Below are positions 25,786-34,239 of a stretch of DNA of 64,000 nucleotides, one piece after another. The stretch spans positions 19,116 through 83,115 of the forward strand of contig CAYWRU010000001.1 of the NCBI GenBank assembly GCA_964460795.1, read 5' to 3'. Below the pieces are notes generated by a model. The model saw only the letters and a program-made list of their open reading frames with translations. It did no database searches and was not told the origin of the DNA. A program made the translations under genes and the position numbers. The first letter of the stretch is position 1, and each line of letters opens with the position of its first letter. Origin of the DNA: an uncultured bacterium. GTDB lineage: Bacteria > Omnitrophota > Omnitrophia > Omnitrophales > Aquincolibacteriaceae.

Positions 25786-26370
25786 TTAATTATCGGAGCT
25801 GTGAGGCCCCGGCGGGTCCGGCATAGGTGCGGTTAAACCCGGTGGATTGGCACGAAGAACCTTGGCAATCTGCTCAAACGTACATACTGTATCGTCGGCA
25901 AGATTGCTGCTGAGCCCGTCATTGAGTTCGACAATGTTGGCTTCGCCGGCGCCATCTGCAAAGAATAGCTGGCGAGCCTTGAAGGCCGCAGACTTACGCA
26001 ATTGCTCCGGAACAATTTCCGGAGCCAGTTTCAAACTTGAATTACCGTGGTTTACGACACCCAGCCATTGTTTGACGCGCCACGGTAGATAGCAGATTTC
26101 CCCGTCAAAGTATTTGAGGCCCTTGCTTATTTCAACAGATAGCGCGTGTTCCGGTTCTTCCTTGATGAATACCTCGCACGCTACGCCTAGGCAGCAGTGG
26201 GTCTCAACAGTCACGCCGTCTTTAAGTTCAACGACGCTGGCTAAGTGTCCTCGGCCCTGTTTGTATTTGCCTGACTCAAGGGCTTCATACCATTTCTCGC
26301 GAGCTTGCTCGGGAGTAAGTCTAAATTTGAGAGTCGGCAATTCGGCGCCTTCAACAACAGGCTCAGGCAT
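25786..26370 (-). CDS. hypothetical protein (194 aa)
   Basis: Track ORF. HCCLGVACEVF segment. No family recognised. Confidence 0.55.
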   Translation of the reverse strand: MPEPVVEGAELPTLKFRLTPEQAREKWYEALESGKYKQGRGHLASVVELKDGVTVETHCCLGVACEVFIKEEPEHALSVEISKGLKYFDGEICYLPWRVKQWLGVVNHGNSSLKLAPEIVPEQLRKSAAFKARQLFFADGAGEANIVELNDGLSSNLADDTVCTFEQIAKVLRANPPGLTAPMPDPPGPHSSDN

Positions 26371-26569
26371 TGGCCGGTTCCTCTTTCTTAGGCGGATTGA
26401 GCCACACGCGACCCTTGGTCACCACTTTCGGGAGCGGCTTACCTAGCCGCTTCTTCAGCGCGGCGCGGGCGTCGCCCGGAGTATGCGCTTCGACTTCATG
26501 CTTGGAACCGTCGACGAATTCGTACGAAAAACGATATAAGCGACGTTCCTGCTTCTTGCTGAACAACAT
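26363..26569 (-). CDS. hypothetical protein (68 aa)
   Basis: Track ORF, 8-nt overlap with the next gene. Confidence 0.5.
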   Translation of the reverse strand: MLFSKKQERRLYRFSYEFVDGSKHEVEAHTPGDARAALKKRLGKPLPKVVTKGRVWLNPPKKEEPANA

Positions 26570-26589
26570 GGGCGTCCTTGTCTTAGTTA

Positions 26590-26913
26590 TTAGGAAAGGT
26601 ACAGGTAAACACCGTATGCGACGGCAGCCATGGCTGCTTCAATCGCAAAGAAAATGCAGGCTACCGTAGGCCATGACGGCTCATACGGTGTTTTGCTTTT
26701 TGTTTCATTCAGGTAATCTTCCGCAGCGCCGACAAGCATATCGTCGTCGATATAAAACAAGTCAGCGTTGGTTTTCGAGGCAAGCATGTAAAGCAATTGC
26801 CCCAAACGAAGACTCGGGTTTTTGCTCCAAACGAGCTTTATCGTGCCTAGCACGCTGGAGATTCTGACGGGATCTCTCCCTTGATCTGGATCTCCATTTT
26901 TCCAAAGTTGCAT
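26590..26913 (-). CDS. hypothetical protein with C-terminal TM (107 aa)
   Basis: C-terminus PTVACIFFAIEAAMAAVAYGVYLYL. Confidence 0.5.
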   Translation of the reverse strand: MQLWKNGDPDQGRDPVRISSVLGTIKLVWSKNPSLRLGQLLYMLASKTNADLFYIDDDMLVGAAEDYLNETKSKTPYEPSWPTVACIFFAIEAAMAAVAYGVYLYLS

Positions 26914-26923
26914 GGTGTAACTC

Positions 26924-26955
26924 TAAAAGTATCGGGGCCGTGGAGGTCCGGCCCC
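26924..26955 (-). terminator. candidate terminator
   Basis: GGGGCCG/CGGCCCC stem. The T run on the minus strand is short (ACTTTTAG). Confidence 0.4.
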
Positions 26956-26973
26956 TGTGTTGAACATCGCTAG

Positions 26974-27402
26974 TTAGGCTACTACCGCCAGGCGCGGACG
27001 CCGGCGGCTTCGCTTTCGGCGCGAATCACGCTTATGCAGAACGGAGTCAATTGCGGCTTTCACGTCATCAGACGTTAGTTCGCAATTGGGAAGCGGGTAC
27101 TCTTTGTCGTAATCAAAGCCTTTGGAAATGTGCTCAGCCAAAGCATCCCAGTTGGAGATGACCTGCGCCACCAACTTCCGTATGGCTGCGTGATCCATTC
27201 CTTTGGAAATGCGCGAGATCCAGTAATCGCGCAGAGGGCGATCTTGAACCTCGTGCTCGCTTAACCAATAAACGAGGCACCCTCGGTTTTCGCTGTAGTC
27301 GTAGAAACGACCACGGATCACCTCGTTTGCCTCCAGAGCCGCACGGAGCTTGATTAGAGTTGCGCTCTTAATGAGCGCAAGCAAAGCCAGCAATTCACTC
27401 AC
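26974..27402 (-). CDS. hypothetical protein (142 aa)
   Basis: Track ORF with a basic C-terminus, RRKRSRRRPR. Confidence 0.55.
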   Translation of the reverse strand: MSELLALLALIKSATLIKLRAALEANEVIRGRFYDYSENRGCLVYWLSEHEVQDRPLRDYWISRISKGMDHAAIRKLVAQVISNWDALAEHISKGFDYDKEYPLPNCELTSDDVKAAIDSVLHKRDSRRKRSRRRPRLAVVA

Positions 27403-27433
27403 TGTTAGAGTCCTTCCATGTTTGACGAGGGAA

Positions 27434-27982
27434 CTAAGCGAAGAAACGATGCCGAGGCGTCTTGGCGATCAGAAGAGCAATGTTCTTCGATTGCTGACGC
27501 GCAACACGCCCGCTGGGCGTATCGAGAGTATCGAGCACGTAATGCATGTCGTACAAGTTGCCGAGTTGATACACGGCGTTGTTACGAAAGCGATCGTTAG
27601 GGAGATACAACTGGTCGTATTTGAACGTGACGTCTGCGTCCACAATACCGAGTCGAACTTCCTTCACGATCCCCTTAGCTTGAGGATCGCAGTACGTGTT
27701 ATCCAATCCTTCGGCAATCCAGCTAGCTACCGCCAATGCGGCAACTTCCGGACACGAAGGACGCACGAGAAACTCTTCAAACCACCGAAGAACTCTGGTC
27801 TTACCGGAGACTTCCATCGTTTCGAGAATCTCGTACATAAACGTAAGCGGATACGGAATATCCACTTCGTCTTCAACCTGCTTCGAACGAAGCGGGCCGG
27901 CGAGGTTGTAGGCCGTAAGGCCAAACTCGACGGCAACCGCACCTGATCCGACCATCGATGCCAGAAATGTCCTGCGATCCAT
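27434..27982 (-). CDS. Tat-signal protein (182 aa)
   Basis: N-terminus MDRRTFLASMVGSGAVAVEFGLTA. Confidence 0.6.
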   Translation of the reverse strand: MDRRTFLASMVGSGAVAVEFGLTAYNLAGPLRSKQVEDEVDIPYPLTFMYEILETMEVSGKTRVLRWFEEFLVRPSCPEVAALAVASWIAEGLDNTYCDPQAKGIVKEVRLGIVDADVTFKYDQLYLPNDRFRNNAVYQLGNLYDMHYVLDTLDTPSGRVARQQSKNIALLIAKTPRHRFFA

Positions 27983-27999
27983 GCAAACTACTCCTTATG

Positions 28000-28647
28000 T
28001 CACATGTCATGTGCGCCATGTTCGCGCATCCACTGGTAGTGATCGGCCAATGCCTTCTCGTAGCTACGCTTCTTCCGGTACTCCAAGTATGGAATCCGCA
28101 TAGCCAATACCATTGGAATTGTGACGGCCAAGTTGTACATCATGTGCACCTCCGGCCGTCGTATCACAAAGAGCCACGGTGTCCAGTTGTGGAACGTGCC
28201 CGGTTTAGCGCCCGGACAGTCGCACTCACCGAAGTGACTCATTTTCAGAAGTCCGCCGAATCCGTCCTCCGGTGTTCCATTAAAGAAACCCAGGAATTGG
28301 ATTACGGATATCGGCGTCGCTGCGCCGAAGAAGTTATGCCCTGCTAACGCTTGACCGAACAGCAGGGTGTGCTCAAAGAAATGCCACGCTTGGATGTATG
28401 TTGCAATCATCCACCACTTGCGCGCTCTTCCGGTAAACACGTTGCGAAAATGATACAGCCCGTACAGCATCATTAGCGCATAGGCCCAATGCAGCACTTC
28501 CGTGTGCATGAGCCACGGATACCAAGTACCCAGCAAACCACGGGAGTCGCCCATCCGCATGCCGTAGACATACAACTGGATGACCTGTGCTATGTGCTCC
28601 GCCAAGTGAGCAATACACAGCGCAACGAACACATAGAACAGCCCCAT
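28000..28647 (-). CDS. His-rich polytopic membrane protein (215 aa)
   Basis: At least 5 hydrophobic helices with His clusters: HLAEH, HTEVLH, WHFFEH, HNFFG. Confidence 0.6.
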   Translation of the reverse strand: MGLFYVFVALCIAHLAEHIAQVIQLYVYGMRMGDSRGLLGTWYPWLMHTEVLHWAYALMMLYGLYHFRNVFTGRARKWWMIATYIQAWHFFEHTLLFGQALAGHNFFGAATPISVIQFLGFFNGTPEDGFGGLLKMSHFGECDCPGAKPGTFHNWTPWLFVIRRPEVHMMYNLAVTIPMVLAMRIPYLEYRKKRSYEKALADHYQWMREHGAHDM

Positions 28648-28663
28648 AGCGAAGATTCCTTTC

Positions 28664-29467
28664 TTAAGCGGACCTAGACATGGTTATAAGCCAATTGTGA
28701 GTGCTATCGTCCTCGACACCTTTAATTGCTTCTGGATCCTTCTGCCTGGATGTAAGCAGATTTTTCAACGGCTCAGCCGCGTAAGCGTTTCCGGTTCTTT
28801 TCAACTCTTCCAGCCGGCGTATCTCAAGATCGCGCGCCAGCTGTCGCTCACGTCGTCGCATCTCCGCAATTTCGTTTTTCAGTCTTGTGTTCTCTAGAAC
28901 AATGTCGTTGTTTTTTCGGACAATGTCGTTGTTTTTTCGGACTTCGTTCTTAACCTTGCTCTCGAGAACATCAACCTTTTCTACGATTTCCGTGAGCGCC
29001 TTAAACGACGATTCGGCCTTAACGGCTTCTTCAGCGTTCTGGCGTCGACGCTTTTCAAAGTGCTGTACCCAGGCTTTCTCAACCGATGTCAGCAGCTTAT
29101 CGCTTTCTTCTTGCCATTCAATCATGGCCTTCTGACACGCTGCGTACACTTCCTCAATGCTGGCGTCGGCAGGGCTTGCCACGATAGGTGCCACTTTTTT
29201 GTAGTAGCAAATAAGGCGAGAAGCCGTGTACACCACTGCCACGCCTCGCCCGCTAGTGCCGGGCATCGGTGCAGCAAAGCTCTCTGCGATCTCGGATCGA
29301 CCTTTCCACGCTACTAGCTCGAACAACTGCAGGGATGCGTAGTCATCCGCGCTAGTCCTTACCGCCATCAGCGGCTCTTTGCCTCCGTTTTTGAGGCGGT
29401 TAACAAGGGCCGGCGTAAGTACGTGAATTGCACGCATAGTACCGGCTGCCAATACAATCTTTCGCAT
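28664..29467 (-). CDS. hypothetical protein with C-terminal coiled coil (267 aa)
   Basis: Track ORF. Contains an internal 7-aa duplication, RKNNDIV x2. Confidence 0.55.
   Translation of the reverse strand: MRKIVLAAGTMRAIHVLTPALVNRLKNGGKEPLMAVRTSADDYASLQLFELVAWKGRSEIAESFAAPMPGTSGRGVAVVYTASRLICYYKKVAPIVASPADASIEEVYAACQKAMIEWQEESDKLLTSVEKAWVQHFEKRRRQNAEEAVKAESSFKALTEIVEKVDVLESKVKNEVRKNNDIVRKNNDIVLENTRLKNEIAEMRRRERQLARDLEIRRLEELKRTGNAYAAEPLKNLLTSRQKDPEAIKGVEDDSTHNWLITMSRSA
28899..28940 (-). repeat. perfect 21-bp tandem duplication
   Basis: acaatgtcgttgttttttcgg x2, in frame, encoding RKNNDIV twice. Confidence 0.9.
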
Positions 29468-29484
29468 CCTGCTTACCTCCGTTC

Positions 29485-29667
29485 CTAGTTGTCTGATTTC
29501 AGATCTTTAAGCGCTTCCTTCTGTTCTTCGGTAGCAAACTTCTCAATGAACTTGCCGGGACCGATTTCTTTCTTTCGTTTATCGGACGCAGTCCAACCGA
29601 ACAGCACGGCTTTTTCGACTAAGTCGTTTAGCGCACTTTCAGCTTTAGTTATCCAACGCCATGCCAT
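29485..29667 (-). CDS. hypothetical protein (60 aa)
   Basis: Track ORF. Confidence 0.45.
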   Translation of the reverse strand: MAWRWITKAESALNDLVEKAVLFGWTASDKRKKEIGPGKFIEKFATEEQKEALKDLKSDN

Positions 29668-29674
29668 GTGTATC

Positions 29675-29869
29675 TCAATTTGCCTTGGGAATCAGCCAAT
29701 TCAGATTGTTGCCTACTTGTTTGTTTTCCAGTTCTTTCACGCGCCGCTTAAGATTTTCGAACTTCACATCCGCTGCTTTCACCACATCCTCTGTAGCTTG
29801 ATACAGCGCTTTGAACCTTGCTTCGAGAATCCTTATGCGATGCTCAAAGTTACCGATACTCTCATCCAT
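29675..29869 (-). CDS. coiled-coil small protein (64 aa)
   Basis: Track ORF. Confidence 0.45.
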   Translation of the reverse strand: MDESIGNFEHRIRILEARFKALYQATEDVVKAADVKFENLKRRVKELENKQVGNNLNWLIPKAN

Positions 29870-30284
29870 CGCTTTCCTCTGCGAGTAGCTTTATGCCGTG
29901 CGGTACGGCTGTGCGACGATCAAGGTCGTACGCGACAAATTTGAATTTTCCTTCGGCCATCTTGTCGTGAGTTCCGTCAGGGTTTTCACGAAAACAAGTG
30001 ACGGCCACGTCAACTGATTTAATGCCGGCTTTGACGACCAACGCATGTACGTGGATCAGGTCTTTGATCTCGGCTCCGGCGAAGAATGTGACATCGGTAA
30101 CCTGTACGGTCACTGCGTCGCGTACGCCTGTAGGAGAACTGTATAAGAATCTCCGTACGGCGCACGCCGCTGCGATATCCATTTCCGAAAGCATCTTGCC
30201 GCCAAACACCATGGGCGGCATGTAGTTTGTATCCTGGGGAAACACGACAAAGCTTCCTTGGAAGCTAGTCAGCGTTGTACTCAT
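29862..30284 (-). CDS. acyl-CoA thioesterase, hotdog fold (YciA-like)
   Basis: 140 aa. FPQDTNYMPPMVFGGKMLSEMDIAAACAVRRF..VTVQVTDVTFFAGAEIKDLIHVHA..SVDVAVTCF..GKFKFVAYD. This parallels the YciA/BFIT pattern (P.DTN..G..FGG.LM..MD.A; V.F..P...GD). Confidence 0.7.
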   Translation of the reverse strand: MSTTLTSFQGSFVVFPQDTNYMPPMVFGGKMLSEMDIAAACAVRRFLYSSPTGVRDAVTVQVTDVTFFAGAEIKDLIHVHALVVKAGIKSVDVAVTCFRENPDGTHDKMAEGKFKFVAYDLDRRTAVPHGIKLLAEESDG

Positions 30285-30957
30285 CTTCGACGCGATCTCC
30301 GAAAGTGCTTACTTCTACCAGACTGGTAGGGACGGGGACTTTACCTTCCAGTACGGCGTGCACCAGTCGGGACACTCGCTCTCGCACTGCGTTGAATTGA
30401 TCCAGATATGGAACAGTGTCAATCAGGTTGGCCGCTTCTTGTACTTTGTTCACCAGCAGCAGCGCAACACAGCAGTTGACTTTGTGGCTTGGATCTTCGG
30501 GGTCCAACTCCATGATGAGCTTGCCGTAGTACACGGCATCGGAAAATCGATTTGTAGCCATGCACTGAGCGCTCAGATCGCGCAGCACCATATCCATAGT
30601 CGTCGATTCAATGAAGCCCGGCGGTTTGCCGCCCACGGCTTCAGCCGCTTCGGCGAGCACTCCGCTTTCGCACAATGTCTTGGCGACTTTGTACGCGTCC
30701 TTGAGAATCAAATACGACGACTCGTTTTGGCCGGCCAGATGATGCGCTTTAGCGGCCAACCACATAGCCGGCACATTTAGCGGGTTCATGAATACTACCC
30801 GCTTTAGGAGCTTTGTAGCTTCTACTAAATCGGTATACATAGCTTCCGTGAGTTCAAAGCCTTGGTCCGGATCGTACGCCTTCTGCAGGATAGGGAACAC
30901 AATCTTCTCCGCCGAATCGAACAGAGCGTTGTGAATTTCCGACATCTCTGGATCCAT
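30265..30957 (-). CDS. helical-repeat (TPR-like) protein (230 aa)
   Basis: Repeated amphipathic helix pairs with A/Y/L spacing. Weak call. Confidence 0.45.
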   Translation of the reverse strand: MDPEMSEIHNALFDSAEKIVFPILQKAYDPDQGFELTEAMYTDLVEATKLLKRVVFMNPLNVPAMWLAAKAHHLAGQNESSYLILKDAYKVAKTLCESGVLAEAAEAVGGKPPGFIESTTMDMVLRDLSAQCMATNRFSDAVYYGKLIMELDPEDPSHKVNCCVALLLVNKVQEAANLIDTVPYLDQFNAVRERVSRLVHAVLEGKVPVPTSLVEVSTFGDRVEDEYNAD

Positions 30958-32072
30958 TAGTCTCCCTTTCTACGCACGCCCAGTGCCACAGGATGCCACG
31001 GCACGGGTTTTTCTGTATTGGTGTAATACGCATATTTGACTTTCATCCATTGGCCGATGTACTCGTTTCGATCTATCCAAGCTTGTTGCTTTTCTTCGAT
31101 AGAGCCCGGCGCATATGCCTCGAATTCATGGCCGGCCTTGGTCACCATTTTGAATGTGACCGTAGCGTTGTGCCCAGGCTTGTAGCCTACGATCAAGAAT
31201 TCGTCGTCCTGGAAAGTCTTTACCTTAAGCAGCGAGGTGGAGCGCTTAGGCTCGTACGGAGCTTTACCGTGTCGAAGCATCGAGCCTTCATAGCCGTTGG
31301 CAATGCGGTGCGCTTGCATAGCAAACAAATCGGCTTCTCCGCCGATGCGCACGGTCGATACAAGCTGGACGCATTTCGGCACTTCAAACAAAACCTTTTT
31401 GCACAGCCAGTCGTACCGTTCTTCAAACGGAGCGTCCATCGGCGTGTCGTACACGTTGTACGTGATCTTCAGCGTGTCGTCGCACGGCTTATCAATAAGC
31501 GAATCAATCTTATTAAGGCTAAAACCGTGGCAATATAGTTCGCCGTCTAGCGCTTCGCCGGCTCTAAGTAGATCGGACAGAACGTCCGAAATATGCGGAA
31601 GGTTGAACACGCTCCCGCGGCGGCTTGTAAGAGAGACGGACTTGCCTTCTTTGCGCGCTATGCACCGATAGCCGTCAAGCTTCGGTTGTTCAAAGGCCGA
31701 GGACCAATCGACCTTATCTTTGTGCTTCTCGTACGGATGCGCTAGCATCGGCGACAGCGCGCGCTTATCGCCGGATGTCTCTACGTCCTCAGCGTAATGG
31801 CTGCGATCGCGCTGATGCTTCCACCGGCTTTGTGCATCCTTAATCGCCTGCTCGTACGGCGTTGTAGCGTTTTTCTTACCTATGTTCTTGCCTTCAAGAA
31901 CAGGAACTATCTGTACCTGCTTTTTACCGCCTTGTAGCCCGTACTCAATTCGAACTGCCGCCGTGCCGTCTTTTGCCTCTAGTGCCTGTACGTGCCATTC
32001 CTGTATCTCGCCTTTGCTTGTCTTTTTGTAAAGCATCGGCAATTTGACTTTCTGAAGCTTCTTAGTAGCCAC
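30957..32072 (-). CDS. ATP-dependent DNA ligase (371 aa)
   Basis: Motif I QPKLDGYRCIA, III ALDGELYCHG, IV YEGSMLRH, V SLLKVK. Start moved to the GTG at 32072 because the track's N-terminal extension is encoded by a terminator hairpin. Confidence 0.85.
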   Translation of the reverse strand: MATKKLQKVKLPMLYKKTSKGEIQEWHVQALEAKDGTAAVRIEYGLQGGKKQVQIVPVLEGKNIGKKNATTPYEQAIKDAQSRWKHQRDRSHYAEDVETSGDKRALSPMLAHPYEKHKDKVDWSSAFEQPKLDGYRCIARKEGKSVSLTSRRGSVFNLPHISDVLSDLLRAGEALDGELYCHGFSLNKIDSLIDKPCDDTLKITYNVYDTPMDAPFEERYDWLCKKVLFEVPKCVQLVSTVRIGGEADLFAMQAHRIANGYEGSMLRHGKAPYEPKRSTSLLKVKTFQDDEFLIVGYKPGHNATVTFKMVTKAGHEFEAYAPGSIEEKQQAWIDRNEYIGQWMKVKYAYYTNTEKPVPWHPVALGVRRKGD

Positions 32073-32083
32073 GGTACTCCTGT

Positions 32084-32114
32084 AAATAAAGAAAGGCGAA
32101 CCATTTGGTTCGCC
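32084..32114 (-). terminator. rho-independent terminator
   Basis: Minus strand: GGCGAACC-aaat-GGTTCGCC, then TTTCTTTATTTAC. Confidence 0.7.
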
Positions 32115-32174
32115 CCTAGAGCTAATAGTAACGCCGTAGGGCGTCAATAATGATGCCGCGATATGGTCTTCAAT

Positions 32175-32768
32175 TTAGTGCGGATTCACCTCTGTCGGCT
32201 TTGCCGGAAACCAGCGCCCTTTGTGGATCACATGAGCGCTTCCGTTCCATCGACTCTTAAACCAAGGCCAAGGTCGCCACTGTTCTTGTTGAGTAGCATT
32301 AGGATCTACGAACTTTACGTACCATCTTCCGTCCTCAGCCTCGTATATGTCGGTAAGAACGATGGCGTGATTGCCCCATATAGGGCGACGGTACTTGTCA
32401 TAGCCGAAAGGTACGGCGATGCACACGATCGGAGTATGGCCTTTTTCAACGGCTTCGGTAAGAAACCAATCGTTGGCTTTATCGCTGTTGTAAGAAAATG
32501 GCGTGTTTGTCTTAAACAGCCAGTACAGCATGTCCTCTTTGGACGCGCCATCGTCTCTACCTGTGCCGTCTATGGTTACCCATTCGCGCATGTTGTGCAG
32601 GTGTGTGAGATTGTTCTCTCGGCCTACCATTTCTAGGCAGCAAAACCAACAAAGCCCGATTCCCACGTCCACATTAGGGACACGGTTCTCGGGCTTTATC
32701 TCTCCGGCTTTAGCCGGCAGGCTAAACGGCAGCGCAAACGCCACCGCGAGAAGCAATCTGTACAGCAT
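32175..32768 (-). CDS. secreted papain-like cysteine peptidase candidate (197 aa)
   Basis: Signal peptide MLYRLLLAVAFALPFSLPAKA. Cys in IGLCWFCC and His in GNHAIVLTD, arranged as a Cys...His pair. Confidence 0.4.
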   Translation of the reverse strand: MLYRLLLAVAFALPFSLPAKAGEIKPENRVPNVDVGIGLCWFCCLEMVGRENNLTHLHNMREWVTIDGTGRDDGASKEDMLYWLFKTNTPFSYNSDKANDWFLTEAVEKGHTPIVCIAVPFGYDKYRRPIWGNHAIVLTDIYEAEDGRWYVKFVDPNATQQEQWRPWPWFKSRWNGSAHVIHKGRWFPAKPTEVNPH

Positions 32769-32770
32769 GG

Positions 32771-33070
32771 CTAATCACCATAGTCTTCGGCTAACCCGAG
32801 CCCCCAGTCTTCATCATCCTCTTCATCGTCTTCAAGCTCAGTAGGCTCGGAGTGGTGATGGCATTCGAACTCTTCCTTGCACTCGCTGCACTTGCAGGTA
32901 TCCGGGTACTTGTAGAAGCTGCCTTCTTCGTAGATCTCAATACCTAGCTCGTCTTTGAGTTCTTCGATGTCCTCTGCCGACAACTCAATAGCCTTGCCGG
33001 CAATGAAGTTCAGTGTGCCGCATTCGGAGCACACCCAACTGTACGCCGGATGCATTTCTGCTTTCTTCAC
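32771..33070 (-). CDS. zinc-ribbon protein with acidic tail (99 aa)
   Basis: CSECGT...CKCSECK, followed by ELEDDEEDDEDW. Confidence 0.5.
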   Translation of the reverse strand: MKKAEMHPAYSWVCSECGTLNFIAGKAIELSAEDIEELKDELGIEIYEEGSFYKYPDTCKCSECKEEFECHHHSEPTELEDDEEDDEDWGLGLAEDYGD

Positions 33071-33861
33071 GGTAAGGCCCTCTTAGGCATGTGGTATCGG
33101 AATCCGGTTCGTTTGTTTCTTACGCTGGCCATGCCTTTGTCTTGACCTACTTCCCATCCGGCCGGATGCCGGCCCATGAGCGTACGTAGCAAGTGATGCT
33201 TGGCCTGGTATTGTTTGGCGTCGCTTAACCGTTTGACCTTCTTCAGTTCATCGACTGATGCGTCCTGTGACTGCTTATCCAGAGATTCTTCGAGTGACAT
33301 TACGAACGCGCGGAGACAATCCGCTTTATAGCTTAGATCGCCCAACGCTTCTGAGATCTTTGCGACCTCGTTTTCTTGCAGTACCTTGGTTTTGCGAATA
33401 GCGAAGGTTAGATGAAACGGAAGCTCTTCACCATTGCGTGTAGGCATCGACGGAAGACCATAGCTGCGCCGTAGAGCAGACAAGTCAGGCGAGCGAATCT
33501 CTACAAACCACACACGGCTTACGCCGTTCCAGCCGGCAGGGTTAACGGTCTTTACCGGGCCAAGCTGATACGTGAATTCGTGGCCCCGTTCGGTGATGGC
33601 GTTTACACCGCCGATGCCCTCTAACTCATCTGGCCGCATGACCGAAATGTGGGCATTTAGAATCCCATCTTTTAGGGGGAGTTCAATACCCGGCTCGCCT
33701 AGCGCGTCGAATAGGCCGCGGGCAATGGCGTTGGGCACCGAGAGTAGTACCCACCCACTCTTCGACGCGTACAGGCGTCCTACGAGCCCATACGTGGATT
33801 CAGCGGCTGCTCCGACCTTGCAGAGACAGCCGTGAGCTTGAGCGATATCGTAAACATCCAT
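33067..33861 (-). CDS. 2H phosphoesterase-superfamily protein with C-terminal extension (264 aa)
   Basis: Two H-x-[ST]-x motifs 79 residues apart: H71-I-S-V and H150-L-T-F. C-terminal roughly 100 aa are helical and basic. Confidence 0.55.
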   Translation of the reverse strand: MDVYDIAQAHGCLCKVGAAAESTYGLVGRLYASKSGWVLLSVPNAIARGLFDALGEPGIELPLKDGILNAHISVMRPDELEGIGGVNAITERGHEFTYQLGPVKTVNPAGWNGVSRVWFVEIRSPDLSALRRSYGLPSMPTRNGEELPFHLTFAIRKTKVLQENEVAKISEALGDLSYKADCLRAFVMSLEESLDKQSQDASVDELKKVKRLSDAKQYQAKHHLLRTLMGRHPAGWEVGQDKGMASVRNKRTGFRYHMPKRALP

Positions 33862-33891
33862 ACCTATATTCCCTGGTTTACCAGATTTGAT

Positions 33892-34236
33892 TTATCGCTG
33901 AATCTTGTTGCCAGGATGATTGATGATCTGAATGTTCTCAAGCCGCTCGATACGCTTGTCGATTTCAGCCAATTTGCCTTTGACTTCTGGCGTTGTAAGG
34001 TCTTCGCGCAGCGCTTTGATTTCCACCCGTACACGCTCTTCAACTTGAGCTGTGCGCTCAATCCAGCGGCGGTCCATGTCAACCAACTCTGACCGCATAT
34101 TCAATTGTACCGAGTAGAGCGAAGCCACTGTCGTAGCCACGCCGGCCACGACAATACCAAGCAAGCTGAAGAACGTCTTTAGATCGAAGGTAACGCGAGT
34201 AAGCGGTCCGTTATTGTGCTCTTGTTCTGCGCTCAT
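33892..34236 (-). CDS. TM plus coiled-coil protein (114 aa)
   Basis: TM segment FFSLLGIVVAGVATTVASLYSV. Confidence 0.55.
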   Translation of the reverse strand: MSAEQEHNNGPLTRVTFDLKTFFSLLGIVVAGVATTVASLYSVQLNMRSELVDMDRRWIERTAQVEERVRVEIKALREDLTTPEVKGKLAEIDKRIERLENIQIINHPGNKIQR

Positions 34237-34239
34237 GTT

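Noticed and set aside
32073-32147. Track N-terminal extension of the DNA ligase ORF (MTPYGVTISSRGEPNGSPFFIYRST).
   Set aside because: These codons are the terminator hairpin GGCGAACC/GGTTCGCC plus its T run. The GTG at 32072 with an upstream GGAG is the more plausible start.
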